Part shown: positions 53,506-62,383 of the stretch, in pieces
How positions within the stretch are numbered: the first letter of the stretch is position 1
Layout: every line of letters starts with the position of its first letter
NCBI GenBank assembly: GCA_018822365.1
Contig: JAHJKL010000052.1
Coordinates: forward strand, 104 to 64,103
Direction of reading: 5' to 3'
Source of the DNA: Candidatus Margulisiibacteriota bacterium
Lineage (GTDB): Bacteria; Margulisbacteria; WOR-1; O2-12-FULL-45-9; XYB2-FULL-48-7
Length of the DNA: 64,000 bases
Notes under the pieces: model-generated
What the model saw: the letters and a program-made list of their open reading frames with translations, nothing else
Database searches by the model: none
What the model was told of the DNA's origin: nothing
Position numbers and translations under genes: made by a program

Positions 53506-55639
53506 TTATTCCTCCGCCTTTTGGCCAGCGTTCAACTTCCTGGCCATCTTTGCTGATGACAACGACAAATTCAAGCCTGTCGTTTGGTTTCACTCCCAAA
53601 GCCGCGAAAGGAACGCCGAGCTCAATGATCTTGGCGATCCCGCAACGCATCTCCCGGTCAAGGACCCAGGCATGGTTCTCCATTCTATACAAGTGAGCGG
53701 CAAAATACCCCTTTGTCCGGTCAAAGCCGATCTCATATTTTCGGTCAACCTGGTGGGTAAAGACCACCGCGAAAGAAAAGGTCTTCGCCTCTTCCGAATA
53801 CATGGAAATATTCAAACCGAGCCGGATGTATAGATCGGTCAGGCTATAACCAAAATGGATATCCCTCAGGAGGGTTTCGATCTGGTGCATCGCGCCACGC
53901 GCTTTGGATATATCATAAACCCCGGCCGAGAGCCATTCGTAATAGCTGGTCACTTCACCGTCTAAGACCGGGTTGATCAGATAAGACGGTTCCTTTAAAG
54001 GACGGACAAAAGCGTTCATTTGCTTGATCGGGTTATCTAAATACTTGGGAGGGACACGACCGATCAAAGTGTAAATATTTTTCAAATGCTTGCGAAAGAG
54101 CGCGTCAAAAAGATGATCGTTCTCGGACGAATGGTCATCGCCGTACCACCAGCACCAATCCGACCCTTCGGCAATAAATAATTCCTGCCAGGCGACCGGT
54201 TGATCCTCTTTTTTGAAAGGCTCGAGAGCCAGCCGGGCCTTGTTCAAATAATCCCAGGCCAAATTATCTTCGTCGTGACCGATCCAGATCTTAAAATTGC
54301 TGTTAATCCAGGAACCGGCAAACAGCCGGGTCAGTTTGCGCTGGGGCGGGTTTTCCTTTAAATAATCGGAGACCCTAACGGTGCGAATATATTTGCTGTC
54401 GGACAGGCTCTGGTAAAAACTCTCCAGGAAATTTTTTCCCCCGTCCGGATAATATTCCCAGGCATTTTCACCGTCAAGAATGACCGGGACCAGGTAGTTT
54501 TTGCCATCATCCGGCAAACTGATCTTGATATTACGCAAATGAGAGGCAAAATCACGGAGCGAATCGTTAATTGCCCAGCGTTGATACACAAAGCCGATCT
54601 GGTCGGATAAAAAATGGTTACGGAAGATCATCGCGACCTCTGCCCCATCATGCTCAACTAAATATGGCTGATAAAGGTCGGCCGCCGCCATGGCCCGCCC
54701 TCTCATTTCAATTTTATGGAGTGAGCGCTCCAAAATACCCTCGTCGGTTGCCAGCCACTTAATCCCCGCCCGAGCTACTAACGGAATGACCGCTTCAGAA
54801 ACCGAGCCTTCGGAAGGCCACATTCCGGCCGGCTTTGAACCAAAACGCTCCGCAAAATAATCGACCGCCTGGCTAATCTGTGCGGCGGCATCTTCAGGGT
54901 GCTGAAAAGCTGAAGGAGGGAGCTTGGCCAGCGGCATCGCCTCTTTCGCCGAGTTAGTATCGCAAAGAAGCGGAAGGATCGGATGATAGAACGGGGTTGT
55001 GGTCAATTCGATCTGGCCCCGATCGCTTAGTTCCTTATACTTTGGAATAATCTTCCCCATTACTTCCCACTGCTTCTGAATAACCGCTTTTTTATCGTCA
55101 CTGGAAAAATATTTCCCTTTGACTAAAAGTTCTTTAACCACCGGGTCTTCATGGCGATAGATAAAGCCAAACCAGGCCAGGTTGAACCAGACCTGAAGGT
55201 CAAGCAGTTCTTGTGGGGAAAATCGTTTGGCAACCTTGGCCAGTTCGGCCTGGGAGACAAACCGTCCCCTTTTCAAAAGAAGGTCCCGGTAGCGCGGATA
55301 TGGATTAACCATCGTCTCCCAGTTGGCCATGAAAAAGTACTGCAGGAGCGAGACTTTTTCCGCCTGGGTCAGGTCAGAAGGGTTTTTTCTGGTCAGATCG
55401 AGCAGGACGTCGGTCGCGTTATTATGGACGTAATCCTCGATCTGCAAAAGGAGAGAAGGGACCAGGTTGAAGGTGACGTGAACATCGGGAAAGCGGTCCA
55501 GGACCGCGACCATGTCGTAATAATCTTTTACGGCATGCATCCTGACCCAGGGCATAAAGTATTCCCCTCTTACCAGGTCTTTATAAAACGGCTGGTGCAT
55601 GTGCCAGACCAGCGCCAGGGAGACCGGCCGATTGGTCAT
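53456..55639 (-). CDS. GH57-family alpha-glucan-active enzyme (~727 aa)
   Basis: SLALVWHMHQPFYKD...HAVKDYYDM is a GH57 signature. I moved the start from 55804 to the ATG at 55639 (MTNRPV) to remove a 44-nt overlap with the thyX-like gene and a non-homologous extension. Confidence 0.78.
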   Translation of the reverse strand: MTNRPVSLALVWHMHQPFYKDLVRGEYFMPWVRMHAVKDYYDMVAVLDRFPDVHVTFNLVPSLLLQIEDYVHNNATDVLLDLTRKNPSDLTQAEKVSLLQYFFMANWETMVNPYPRYRDLLLKRGRFVSQAELAKVAKRFSPQELLDLQVWFNLAWFGFIYRHEDPVVKELLVKGKYFSSDDKKAVIQKQWEVMGKIIPKYKELSDRGQIELTTTPFYHPILPLLCDTNSAKEAMPLAKLPPSAFQHPEDAAAQISQAVDYFAERFGSKPAGMWPSEGSVSEAVIPLVARAGIKWLATDEGILERSLHKIEMRGRAMAAADLYQPYLVEHDGAEVAMIFRNHFLSDQIGFVYQRWAINDSLRDFASHLRNIKISLPDDGKNYLVPVILDGENAWEYYPDGGKNFLESFYQSLSDSKYIRTVRVSDYLKENPPQRKLTRLFAGSWINSNFKIWIGHDEDNLAWDYLNKARLALEPFKKEDQPVAWQELFIAEGSDWCWWYGDDHSSENDHLFDALFRKHLKNIYTLIGRVPPKYLDNPIKQMNAFVRPLKEPSYLINPVLDGEVTSYYEWLSAGVYDISKARGAMHQIETLLRDIHFGYSLTDLYIRLGLNISMYSEEAKTFSFAVVFTHQVDRKYEIGFDRTKGYFAAHLYRMENHAWVLDREMRCGIAKIIELGVPFAALGVKPNDRLEFVVVISKDGQEVERWPKGGGINVTVPSDTYEQEQWSV

Positions 55640-55760
55640 CTTTTCTCTCTCTCGGACATCGAAACCCCTTTGTTGATCACCCACATCGCAAAAATTAGAG
55701 CGACGACCGTGATCAAAAATATCGTCCCGCAAATTATCAAAGTTATTACTATCGGAGTAT

Positions 55761-57140
55761 TCACTCTCCACCTCCTCCATACACAGACTGGTAACGCTGA
55801 ACAAAGGAATCCTTGCCGCCGACCATCAGCATCGTCAGCGGCATCACTTCTTTGGCCATTTTGGTCATCGCCCCGGATAGCTCGTTGATATCCCACTGGG
55901 CATGGGCATCTTCCCTCAAGCGAGAGAGATGATAAAGTTCGCGCGCGTTGATGGTCAGCAAGGCTCTCCGGCGGTGTGCCCCGGTCAAAACATAAGGAGC
56001 GGCAGCCGGGAAATGAGTAACTATTTTAGAAAACAAATCATTGGTTTTTTTAATAAGCGCCTCAACCTCATTATCACCAACCAGCCTGGCTGGCAAGGTC
56101 ACGCCAAGTAGCGGCTCGTAAGGCTGAGTCGTCAAGGTCAAAGGACGATGGCGCTTCAACTGGGCAAAACACCCGGCGGACATGACCAGGTCAAAGGTTA
56201 GGGTGACATGCTCAAACTCCCGCAAAACCGCGTTGAAAAAGTTCAGGTGCCGACAAGCCTGTTTGACCGCTTTTTCCCTTTCCAGCCGGGACATGCCCTT
56301 CACCTGGCGCCGGCAATTAAGGTATGAGATTGTTGACGAAGAATGAAGCAAGGCCGAGACCAGCTTAATATCAGCATCTTTTGTATAGTCGACTAAAACG
56401 CAAGGCTGAGACCGGAAGCGCTTGCGCTCCCATTTACCTTTGAAGAATTTTTGCAGATCGGCAGAAGTCCGCGATTCATAGTTGGTCGCTTCGGTATAGC
56501 GGATCAGTGATGGCGCAACTTTCGCGGCAAGAGCCAAGAGCTCTTTGCCCAATCCCCTGACCTCGGCCAATTGGCTGGAGGCAAACCGCCTGATCATCAA
56601 CTCCAAAGTCCGGGCATTAACCGTCATCCCCAACTGCCCCATAGTCGATAAAGGTGTAACATAACGGGCGTCTTCCGGTTCGACCCCGCGCCCAAGCAGG
56701 GCCTGATACAGCCGGTTCTGTTTTTCCGTCAAGTCAGCAATTGGCCCGGCAAATTCGCTTGAAGCCAGCTCTGCTGGAATATAACAATTATCTTCAAGTT
56801 TTTGGTAGCGCTGTGATTTTTCGGTGTAGGAAGCAAGCCGAAATTTTTCCAGCTCTTCGATCGCCAGGCGGGAGAGATCGATAATGTCAAAATTAAAAAC
56901 CGCGTGCTCGGCAACTGAGGAATGTCCCATGTCAAAAATAATCTTAGCGTTTGACTGGCGGGCTTTCCCTACTTCTTTCCGGGCGATCAGTCGGAGTTCA
57001 TCGACCGGCCGGGGATCGCGCGATATCCTGGCGTAGGCGGCCGACAGGGTCTCGGGAGTAAGATCGTCCCGGGAAGAACCACGGGAGATTTCGGCCAGAA
57101 CATCAGTATCAACATTATAACCGGCGAGGAGTACTTTCAC
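55761..57140 (-). CDS. tandem-domain ThyX-like (flavin-dependent thymidylate synthase family) protein; GTG start
   Basis: Two ThyX-like halves are present. The first contains GHSSVAEHAVFNF...KFRLASYTEKSQRY...NARTL. The second contains EHVTLTFDL...LKRHRPLTLTTQ...NARELYHLSRLREDAHAQWDI. Confidence 0.65.
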   Translation of the reverse strand: MKVLLAGYNVDTDVLAEISRGSSRDDLTPETLSAAYARISRDPRPVDELRLIARKEVGKARQSNAKIIFDMGHSSVAEHAVFNFDIIDLSRLAIEELEKFRLASYTEKSQRYQKLEDNCYIPAELASSEFAGPIADLTEKQNRLYQALLGRGVEPEDARYVTPLSTMGQLGMTVNARTLELMIRRFASSQLAEVRGLGKELLALAAKVAPSLIRYTEATNYESRTSADLQKFFKGKWERKRFRSQPCVLVDYTKDADIKLVSALLHSSSTISYLNCRRQVKGMSRLEREKAVKQACRHLNFFNAVLREFEHVTLTFDLVMSAGCFAQLKRHRPLTLTTQPYEPLLGVTLPARLVGDNEVEALIKKTNDLFSKIVTHFPAAAPYVLTGAHRRRALLTINARELYHLSRLREDAHAQWDINELSGAMTKMAKEVMPLTMLMVGGKDSFVQRYQSVYGGGGE

Positions 57141-57146
57141 GGGATT

Positions 57147-57155
57147 ATTTTAGCA
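57147..57155 (-). promoter_or_regulatory. extended -10 TGcTAAAAT, 6 nt upstream of the GTG at 57140
   Basis: Read on the minus strand. It sits in the 33-nt gap after sixA. Confidence 0.5.
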
Positions 57156-57173
57156 TAGACCGGCCCAGGCAAG

Positions 57174-57593
57174 CTAGTTTAATTCGATCTCGACCATCTC
57201 TCCTTTTTTAAGCGGCCGGGGATCGTCCAGAAAAAGAAGCTGGCCGGCTATCTCGCCCAGATCGGGCTCGTGGCCAACGCAAAGGATCCGCTCAAATTGG
57301 CGGTTTCGATCCAGGATATCCATCAAGTCGCTCATCTCGCAACCGGGTGCCAGGAGGTCCTCAACAAAGACCTTGTCCCGCTCTTTTAAGGCATCGGCCA
57401 CGATCTCGGCGGTCTGGTAGGCCCTGACAAACGGGGAAGTAACGATCACATCAAAAACCTGGTTTTCTTCCGCCAGTTCATCTGCCAATCGACCGATCTG
57501 TTCCCGCCCAGCATCAGTCAACGGCCTCTCCCTGTCTTCATTATAATCGGCTGACGGAGCCGCCGCGCCATGTCGAAGCAAAAAAAGTTTCAT
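57174..57593 (-). CDS. sixA: phosphohistidine phosphatase SixA-like (histidine phosphatase superfamily)
   Basis: MKLFLLRHGAA...SPFVRAYQTAE...VGHEPDL are SixA-type motifs. Confidence 0.8.
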   Translation of the reverse strand: MKLFLLRHGAAAPSADYNEDRERPLTDAGREQIGRLADELAEENQVFDVIVTSPFVRAYQTAEIVADALKERDKVFVEDLLAPGCEMSDLMDILDRNRQFERILCVGHEPDLGEIAGQLLFLDDPRPLKKGEMVEIELN

Positions 57594-57595
57594 CT

Positions 57596-58780
57596 TTAAA
57601 CGATCCCGGCCGCCTGATGGCTCTTCTTGATCTCGTCGGCTAAATTATCAAGAGCGGCGTATTCGGCCTCGCGCGGGGCGCCTTTGGCGATCACCGGCTC
57701 AATGACCGTCACCTTTAGGTTAGAAATGGCGGCAGAGAGCATTTCAACCATCTTCCCCCCCCAGCTAAACGACCCAATGATCGAAGCAAACTTAGTTTTG
57801 GGACGAAGCGCGTTGGCCAGCAGAGCGGCATAAGCGGCCAGCGGGTGCGGACCGACTAAAACGGTCGGGGTCCCAATAACGATCGTCGCGGCGTCAACCA
57901 GGTCCATTGCCAGTTCGCCGATATCGGTCCTGGAAAGATTATAAGGCTTGACCACGATACCTCTGGCGATCAAAGCGTTGATCAGATACTCGACCATCTC
58001 CTGGGTGCTCCCGTGCATGGAAACATAAGGGAGAACCACTTCATTTTTGACCTGGTCGCCGGCCCAGTCGGCATAAGCGTCCATGATCATTTCAGGCTGA
58101 TCATAGACCGGCCCATGGCTTGGAGCAATTATCGTAAAATCGACCGTTTTTAATTTCTCAAGATGCTGTTTGATTGAAGTCCTAAATGGCATCATGATCT
58201 CGGCGTAATACCGTTTTGCCGAGCGGAGAACATGGGGTTGATCGGTCACAAATAGCGGCGCGGCGGCCAGATGCGAGCCAAAAAAATCGCAGGTAAACAA
58301 GATCTTATCTTCTTTCAGGTAAGTCAGCATCGTTTCCGGCCAGTGGACCCAGGGGGCAAAAATAAACTCCAAAGTTTTATCGCCCAACGAAAGGATCTCC
58401 CGGTCATTGATCACTATGAATTTTTCTTCCGGCAAAAGCAAAAGAGAGATCAGCATCTCTTTACACTTGGCGTTGGTCACGACCTTGGCCATCGGAAAAA
58501 GCTCCAGAATGAAAGGGAGCGAGCCGGAATGGTCCTGTTCGGCGTGGTGGGCGATAATGTAATCGATCTTTTCAATGCTTAGCTCGTTCAGGTTTTCAAC
58601 GAGAGAAGAGACTTTGGCCGGATCGACCGTGTCTAACAGAGCCGTCTTGTCGCTCCCCTGGACCAAATATGAATTATAGCTTGTCCCCTCGGGGAGCGGG
58701 ATCAACTCGTCAAAAAGCCGCCGGTCAAAATCGATCGCCCCGACTTCAAATATTTTATCTTTTAATCTTCTTACCGCCAT
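57596..58780 (-). CDS. flavodiiron protein (FprA/ROO type: metallo-beta-lactamase plus flavodoxin domains)
   Basis: The diiron motif HHAEQDHSG is followed by a C-terminal flavodoxin-like domain. Confidence 0.88.
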   Translation of the reverse strand: MAVRRLKDKIFEVGAIDFDRRLFDELIPLPEGTSYNSYLVQGSDKTALLDTVDPAKVSSLVENLNELSIEKIDYIIAHHAEQDHSGSLPFILELFPMAKVVTNAKCKEMLISLLLLPEEKFIVINDREILSLGDKTLEFIFAPWVHWPETMLTYLKEDKILFTCDFFGSHLAAAPLFVTDQPHVLRSAKRYYAEIMMPFRTSIKQHLEKLKTVDFTIIAPSHGPVYDQPEMIMDAYADWAGDQVKNEVVLPYVSMHGSTQEMVEYLINALIARGIVVKPYNLSRTDIGELAMDLVDAATIVIGTPTVLVGPHPLAAYAALLANALRPKTKFASIIGSFSWGGKMVEMLSAAISNLKVTVIEPVIAKGAPREAEYAALDNLADEIKKSHQAAGIV

Positions 58781-58785
58781 AATAT

Positions 58786-58947
58786 TTATCCTTCCGCTTT
58801 AAATTGGTCTTTCCCCGCCCCGCAGATCGGGCAGACCCAACCGGCCGGTAAATTTTCAAATGATGTCCCCGGCGCCGCCCCGGAGTCAGGACCCCCTTTA
58901 GCTGGATCATAAACATAACCGCAGACCTGACAGATATATTTTTTCAT
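58786..58947 (-). CDS. rubredoxin (53 aa; below the ORF-track length cutoff)
   Basis: My translation gives [53 protein letters not shown], which contains the two CxxCG knuckles. Confidence 0.9.
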   Translation of the reverse strand: MKKYICQVCGYVYDPAKGGPDSGAAPGTSFENLPAGWVCPICGAGKDQFKAEG

Positions 58948-58950
58948 GTT

Positions 58951-59331
58951 TTACCCCTTCGCCGACCAAAGCCCGTGCAGATTGCAATACTCGCGGGCCG
59001 AAGCCGACTGGCCGCTGACGCAAAATTCAGCTTCCGGCTTATCCCCCGGTTTCAGGAATTTCCGATAAGCTTTGCCATCCGCCAAAAGTTCGATCCACTC
59101 AATGTAATGTTTTTCTTCCATCGGATGAGGGACAGCCCCGATCTTGACCAGAAATCCGTCCGCTGTTTTCTCGATGACAGGGACATGTTTCTCTTTGGCC
59201 GCGTCAACCGTGTTCTCGACCTGTTCTTTCATCGGCTTGCCGCAGCAGACCAGCTCCCCATCCCCCGCGCGCAAAACTTCGACAATATTCCCGCAGATTT
59301 CGCATTTATAGATACCCATTTTCTTTGCCAT
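58951..59331 (-). CDS. dfx: desulfoferrodoxin (2Fe superoxide reductase)
   Basis: [12 protein letters not shown]...CCG forms the desulforedoxin centre, and [11 protein letters not shown]...CNLHGLW the SOR centre. I moved the start to the ATG at 59331, behind the SD AGGAGGG. Confidence 0.9.
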   Translation of the reverse strand: MAKKMGIYKCEICGNIVEVLRAGDGELVCCGKPMKEQVENTVDAAKEKHVPVIEKTADGFLVKIGAVPHPMEEKHYIEWIELLADGKAYRKFLKPGDKPEAEFCVSGQSASAREYCNLHGLWSAKG

Positions 59332-59345
59332 GTTCACCCTCCTGT

Positions 59346-60017
59346 TTAATCGCTTAGCCGGCCGCTATGCTTGACGACCTTCCCCTCTACCATGTAAACG
59401 ATATCTTCGCAAATGTTTGTCGCGTGATCAGATATCCTCTCCAGATGCCGGGAGACCAGCAACAGCGGGATCGCTTTGGCGACGGTCGTTGAATCCTTGC
59501 TCATGATCTCGACCAGTTCATCATGCACCAGGTCACGCAGTTTGTCGACCTCTTTTTCTTTTGCCCAAATCTCTTTGGCTTTTTTCAGGTCCCGGTTAAT
59601 AAAAGCGTCAAGGGCCAGCCCGACCGATTCCTGGGCCAATCTCGCCATTTTGGGAATATCGATGAGAGGCTTGAGGAGCGGCTGGCCGGACAGTTCGATC
59701 GCCCGCTGGGCGATATCTTCAGAGAGATCGCCAATCCTTTCCAGATCGTTGGCGATCCGCATTCCGGTCATCAGAAACCGGAGGTCCGACGCTTCCGGCT
59801 GGCGCAAAGCAACCAGCTGGATACATTTCTCGTCTATCTCCAGCTCAAGCTGATCAACCCTTTCGTCTTCCCTGACCACTTCCTCGGCTAGCTCCTTGTC
59901 CAATTTTTTCAAGGAATCAACCGATTTGTAGATCAACCCCTGGACCATGACCCCCATTTTCAGGATCGTGTCCTTTAATTCCCCCATCTCCTGGTCAAAA
60001 ACTCTTTTATGGTCCAT
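59346..60017 (-). CDS. phoU: phosphate signalling complex protein PhoU
   Basis: Two PhoU repeats are present ([15 protein letters not shown]; [18 protein letters not shown]). Confidence 0.93.
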   Translation of the reverse strand: MDHKRVFDQEMGELKDTILKMGVMVQGLIYKSVDSLKKLDKELAEEVVREDERVDQLELEIDEKCIQLVALRQPEASDLRFLMTGMRIANDLERIGDLSEDIAQRAIELSGQPLLKPLIDIPKMARLAQESVGLALDAFINRDLKKAKEIWAKEKEVDKLRDLVHDELVEIMSKDSTTVAKAIPLLLVSRHLERISDHATNICEDIVYMVEGKVVKHSGRLSD

Positions 60018-60029
60018 GTTTTCCTCCTT

Positions 60030-60788
60030 CTATCCAAAACGACCGGTTATATAATCGTCAGTCCGCCTGTCAGCTGGCGAGGTAAAGATCTTTTTGGTGT
60101 CGCCAAACTCCACCAGCTCCCCCAGCAGCATAAAGCCGCATTCATCGGAAACACGGGCCGCCTGCTGCATATTGTGCGTAACAATTACTATTGTATACTG
60201 TTTCTTCAGTTCCATCATCAGGGATTCTATTTTCATCGTCGCCATGGGGTCCAGGGCCGAACAGATCTCATCCATCAACAAAACATCCGGCGTAACCGCG
60301 ATCAGCCTGGCAATGCAGAGCCTCTGCTGTTGTTCCAGGGTCAGCTGGAGGGCGTTCAGCGACAGCTTATCTTTGAGATCGTCGAACAAGAGGACCGAGG
60401 AGAGGCTTTTACAGACCGCCTCCTCTAAAACACTCTTTCTCCGCTCCCCCCGGATCCGCAGACCAAACGCGACATTTTCAAAGACCGAAAGAGGGAACGG
60501 GTTCGGCCGCTGAAAGACCATCCCAACGTGTTTGCGCAGGTCGACCAGATCGACTTGCGGTCCAATGATCTCCATCTCTTCAATCTTGACACTGCCGGTC
60601 GTTACCACCCCGTCGATCATATCGTTCATCCGGTTAAAGACCCGCAGCAGCGTCGACTTGCCGCAGCCCGAAGGGCCAATCAAACTGGTGATCTTGTTCC
60701 GTCCGACTTCAAGATCGATATTTATTAAGGCATGGAACGAACCATAATAAAAATTCAACTTATTAGCAGCGATTATCGGTTTTTGCAT
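60030..60788 (-). CDS. pstB: phosphate ABC transporter ATPase PstB paralog with an altered signature motif
   Basis: Walker A GPSGCGKST, Q-loop VFQRPNPFP, Walker B LLMDE and H-loop VTHNMQQA are intact. The signature LSGGQ is replaced by LTLEQ (60330-60344). Confidence 0.9.
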   Translation of the reverse strand: MQKPIIAANKLNFYYGSFHALINIDLEVGRNKITSLIGPSGCGKSTLLRVFNRMNDMIDGVVTTGSVKIEEMEIIGPQVDLVDLRKHVGMVFQRPNPFPLSVFENVAFGLRIRGERRKSVLEEAVCKSLSSVLLFDDLKDKLSLNALQLTLEQQQRLCIARLIAVTPDVLLMDEICSALDPMATMKIESLMMELKKQYTIVIVTHNMQQAARVSDECGFMLLGELVEFGDTKKIFTSPADRRTDDYITGRFG

Positions 60789-61541
60789 TTAACCAAACCT
60801 GCCTGTAATATAATCTTCGGTCCGCTTGTCATCCGGGGCGGTAAAGAGCTTTCTTGTTTCATTCAGCTCGATCATCTCCCCCATCAGAAAGAAGGCGGTC
60901 CGGTCGGCGACCCGGGCCGCCTGTTTAACATTGTTGGTAACCAGGATCTGCGTATATTCGGTTTTCAGGCTCCGCATCGCTTCCTCGATCTTTAAGGTTG
61001 AGATCGGATCAAGGGCGGAACAGGGCTCATCGTACAAGATCACGTCCGGCCCTACCGCCAGGGTCCGGGCAATGCAGAGCCGCTGCTGTTGTCCGCCAGA
61101 CAGTTTAAAAGCGGAGGTTTCCAAACGGTCTTTCACTTCGTCCCAAAGAGCGGCGGCGCGGAGCGACCGTTCGGCGATCTCCAGCAATTTTGTCCGTTCA
61201 GTGATCCCATGCATCCGCGGCCCATAGGCGATATTATCAAAAACTGACAAAGGCAAAGGGAGAGGCAAAGCAAAAACAATGCCGATCCGCTTGCGCAGAA
61301 GGTGGATATCCAGCGCATGAATGTCCTTGCCATCAAGGCTGATCTCCCCGCCCGATCTAAAATTATCATGAAGATCATTCAACCTGTTAACGCACCGGAG
61401 AAAAGAGGTTTTGCCGCTGTTTGACGGTCCAATGACCCCCAAGATCTCATGCTCAAAAACATTTAAGGTCAGATCCTTTAACGCGTGGGCATCATCGTAC
61501 CAGACATTTAAACCGGATATTTCAATTTTGTTTTTTACCAT
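60789..61541 (-). CDS. pstB: phosphate ABC transporter ATPase PstB paralog with altered Q-loop and H-loop
   Basis: Signature LSGGQQQRL and Walker B ILYDE are intact, and Walker A reads GPSNSGKTS. The Q-loop Gln is Ala (IVFALP). The H-loop His is Asn (VTNNVKQA, codon at 60933-60935). Confidence 0.9.
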   Translation of the reverse strand: MVKNKIEISGLNVWYDDAHALKDLTLNVFEHEILGVIGPSNSGKTSFLRCVNRLNDLHDNFRSGGEISLDGKDIHALDIHLLRKRIGIVFALPLPLPLSVFDNIAYGPRMHGITERTKLLEIAERSLRAAALWDEVKDRLETSAFKLSGGQQQRLCIARTLAVGPDVILYDEPCSALDPISTLKIEEAMRSLKTEYTQILVTNNVKQAARVADRTAFFLMGEMIELNETRKLFTAPDDKRTEDYITGRFG

Positions 61542-62383
61542 GTTTTTTTCTTCCTGAAATATGACCGGAGATACGCGGCAAATATATTTAAAACAAAGAT
61601 CATGCCGACCAGGACCAGAACGGTACCATATTGAATTTTCACGCTGACGTTGGGAACCTGGGTTGAAAGGACATATATATGATAAGGGAGGGTCATCGCC
61701 TGATCATACATAGAGGTTGGCAGTTTCGGCAAATAAAAAGCGGCAACGGTAAAAAGAATAGGCGCTGTTTCCCCGGCGGCCCGGGAAAGACCCAGGATCG
61801 TCCCGGTCAGGATACCCGGAATAGCATTCGGCAAGACAACGTGCCGGACCGTTTGCCAGCGTGAAGCCCCCAGGGAAAAACTGACCTCCCTGAACGACCG
61901 CGGCACCGAGCTTAGCGCTTCCCGGGTCGCGGTGATGATCACCGGCAGGGTCATGATCGCCAGGGTCAGCGAGCCGGCCATGATCGAGACCCCGAACCCA
62001 AGAAATTCAACAAAGAGGCTAAGGCCAAATAAACCGTAAACTATGGACGGGACGCCGGACAAATTGATAATGGCCAGTTCGATCGCCCTGGTCAATTTGT
62101 TTCGTTTGGCGTATTCATTTAAATAGATCGCCGCCAGGATCCCAAAAGGGATAGCAAAAATAGCGGTCCCGATGATCAGGTAAATCGTACCGACCAGCGC
62201 CGGAAAGATCCCACCCGCGCGCATCCCATCCTTCGGAATGGAAAAAATGAACTCAAAACTTAAAGCGGGCAAGCCGTTGATCAATAAAATGACCAGGATC
62301 AAGGCGACCGGGGCGATAACAATAATCGTCGCCAGAAAAAGCAGGGCAAAAGCGATCTTTTCCTTAATTTTCGAATCGATCAT
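61535..62383 (-). CDS. pstA: phosphate ABC transporter permease PstA
   Basis: A polytopic membrane protein with the EAA-type loop ATREALSSVPRSFREVSFSLGASRWQTV. Confidence 0.9.
   Translation of the reverse strand: MIDSKIKEKIAFALLFLATIIVIAPVALILVILLINGLPALSFEFIFSIPKDGMRAGGIFPALVGTIYLIIGTAIFAIPFGILAAIYLNEYAKRNKLTRAIELAIINLSGVPSIVYGLFGLSLFVEFLGFGVSIMAGSLTLAIMTLPVIITATREALSSVPRSFREVSFSLGASRWQTVRHVVLPNAIPGILTGTILGLSRAAGETAPILFTVAAFYLPKLPTSMYDQAMTLPYHIYVLSTQVPNVSVKIQYGTVLVLVGMIFVLNIFAAYLRSYFRKKKTW

Noticed and set aside
44906-55888. Plus-strand ORFs inside the glycogen operon (44906-45595, 47842-48555, 50807-51386, 55151-55888 and others)
   Set aside because: All are antisense to genes with clear GlgA, GH57, GalT or nucleotidyltransferase signatures. 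Their translations are Arg/Pro/Gly-rich shadow-frame products.
60030-61541. Tandem pstB duplication as a novelty in itself
   Set aside because: Two adjacent pstB genes are known, for example in Bacillus and streptococci. Only the complementary motif degeneration is reported as a finding.
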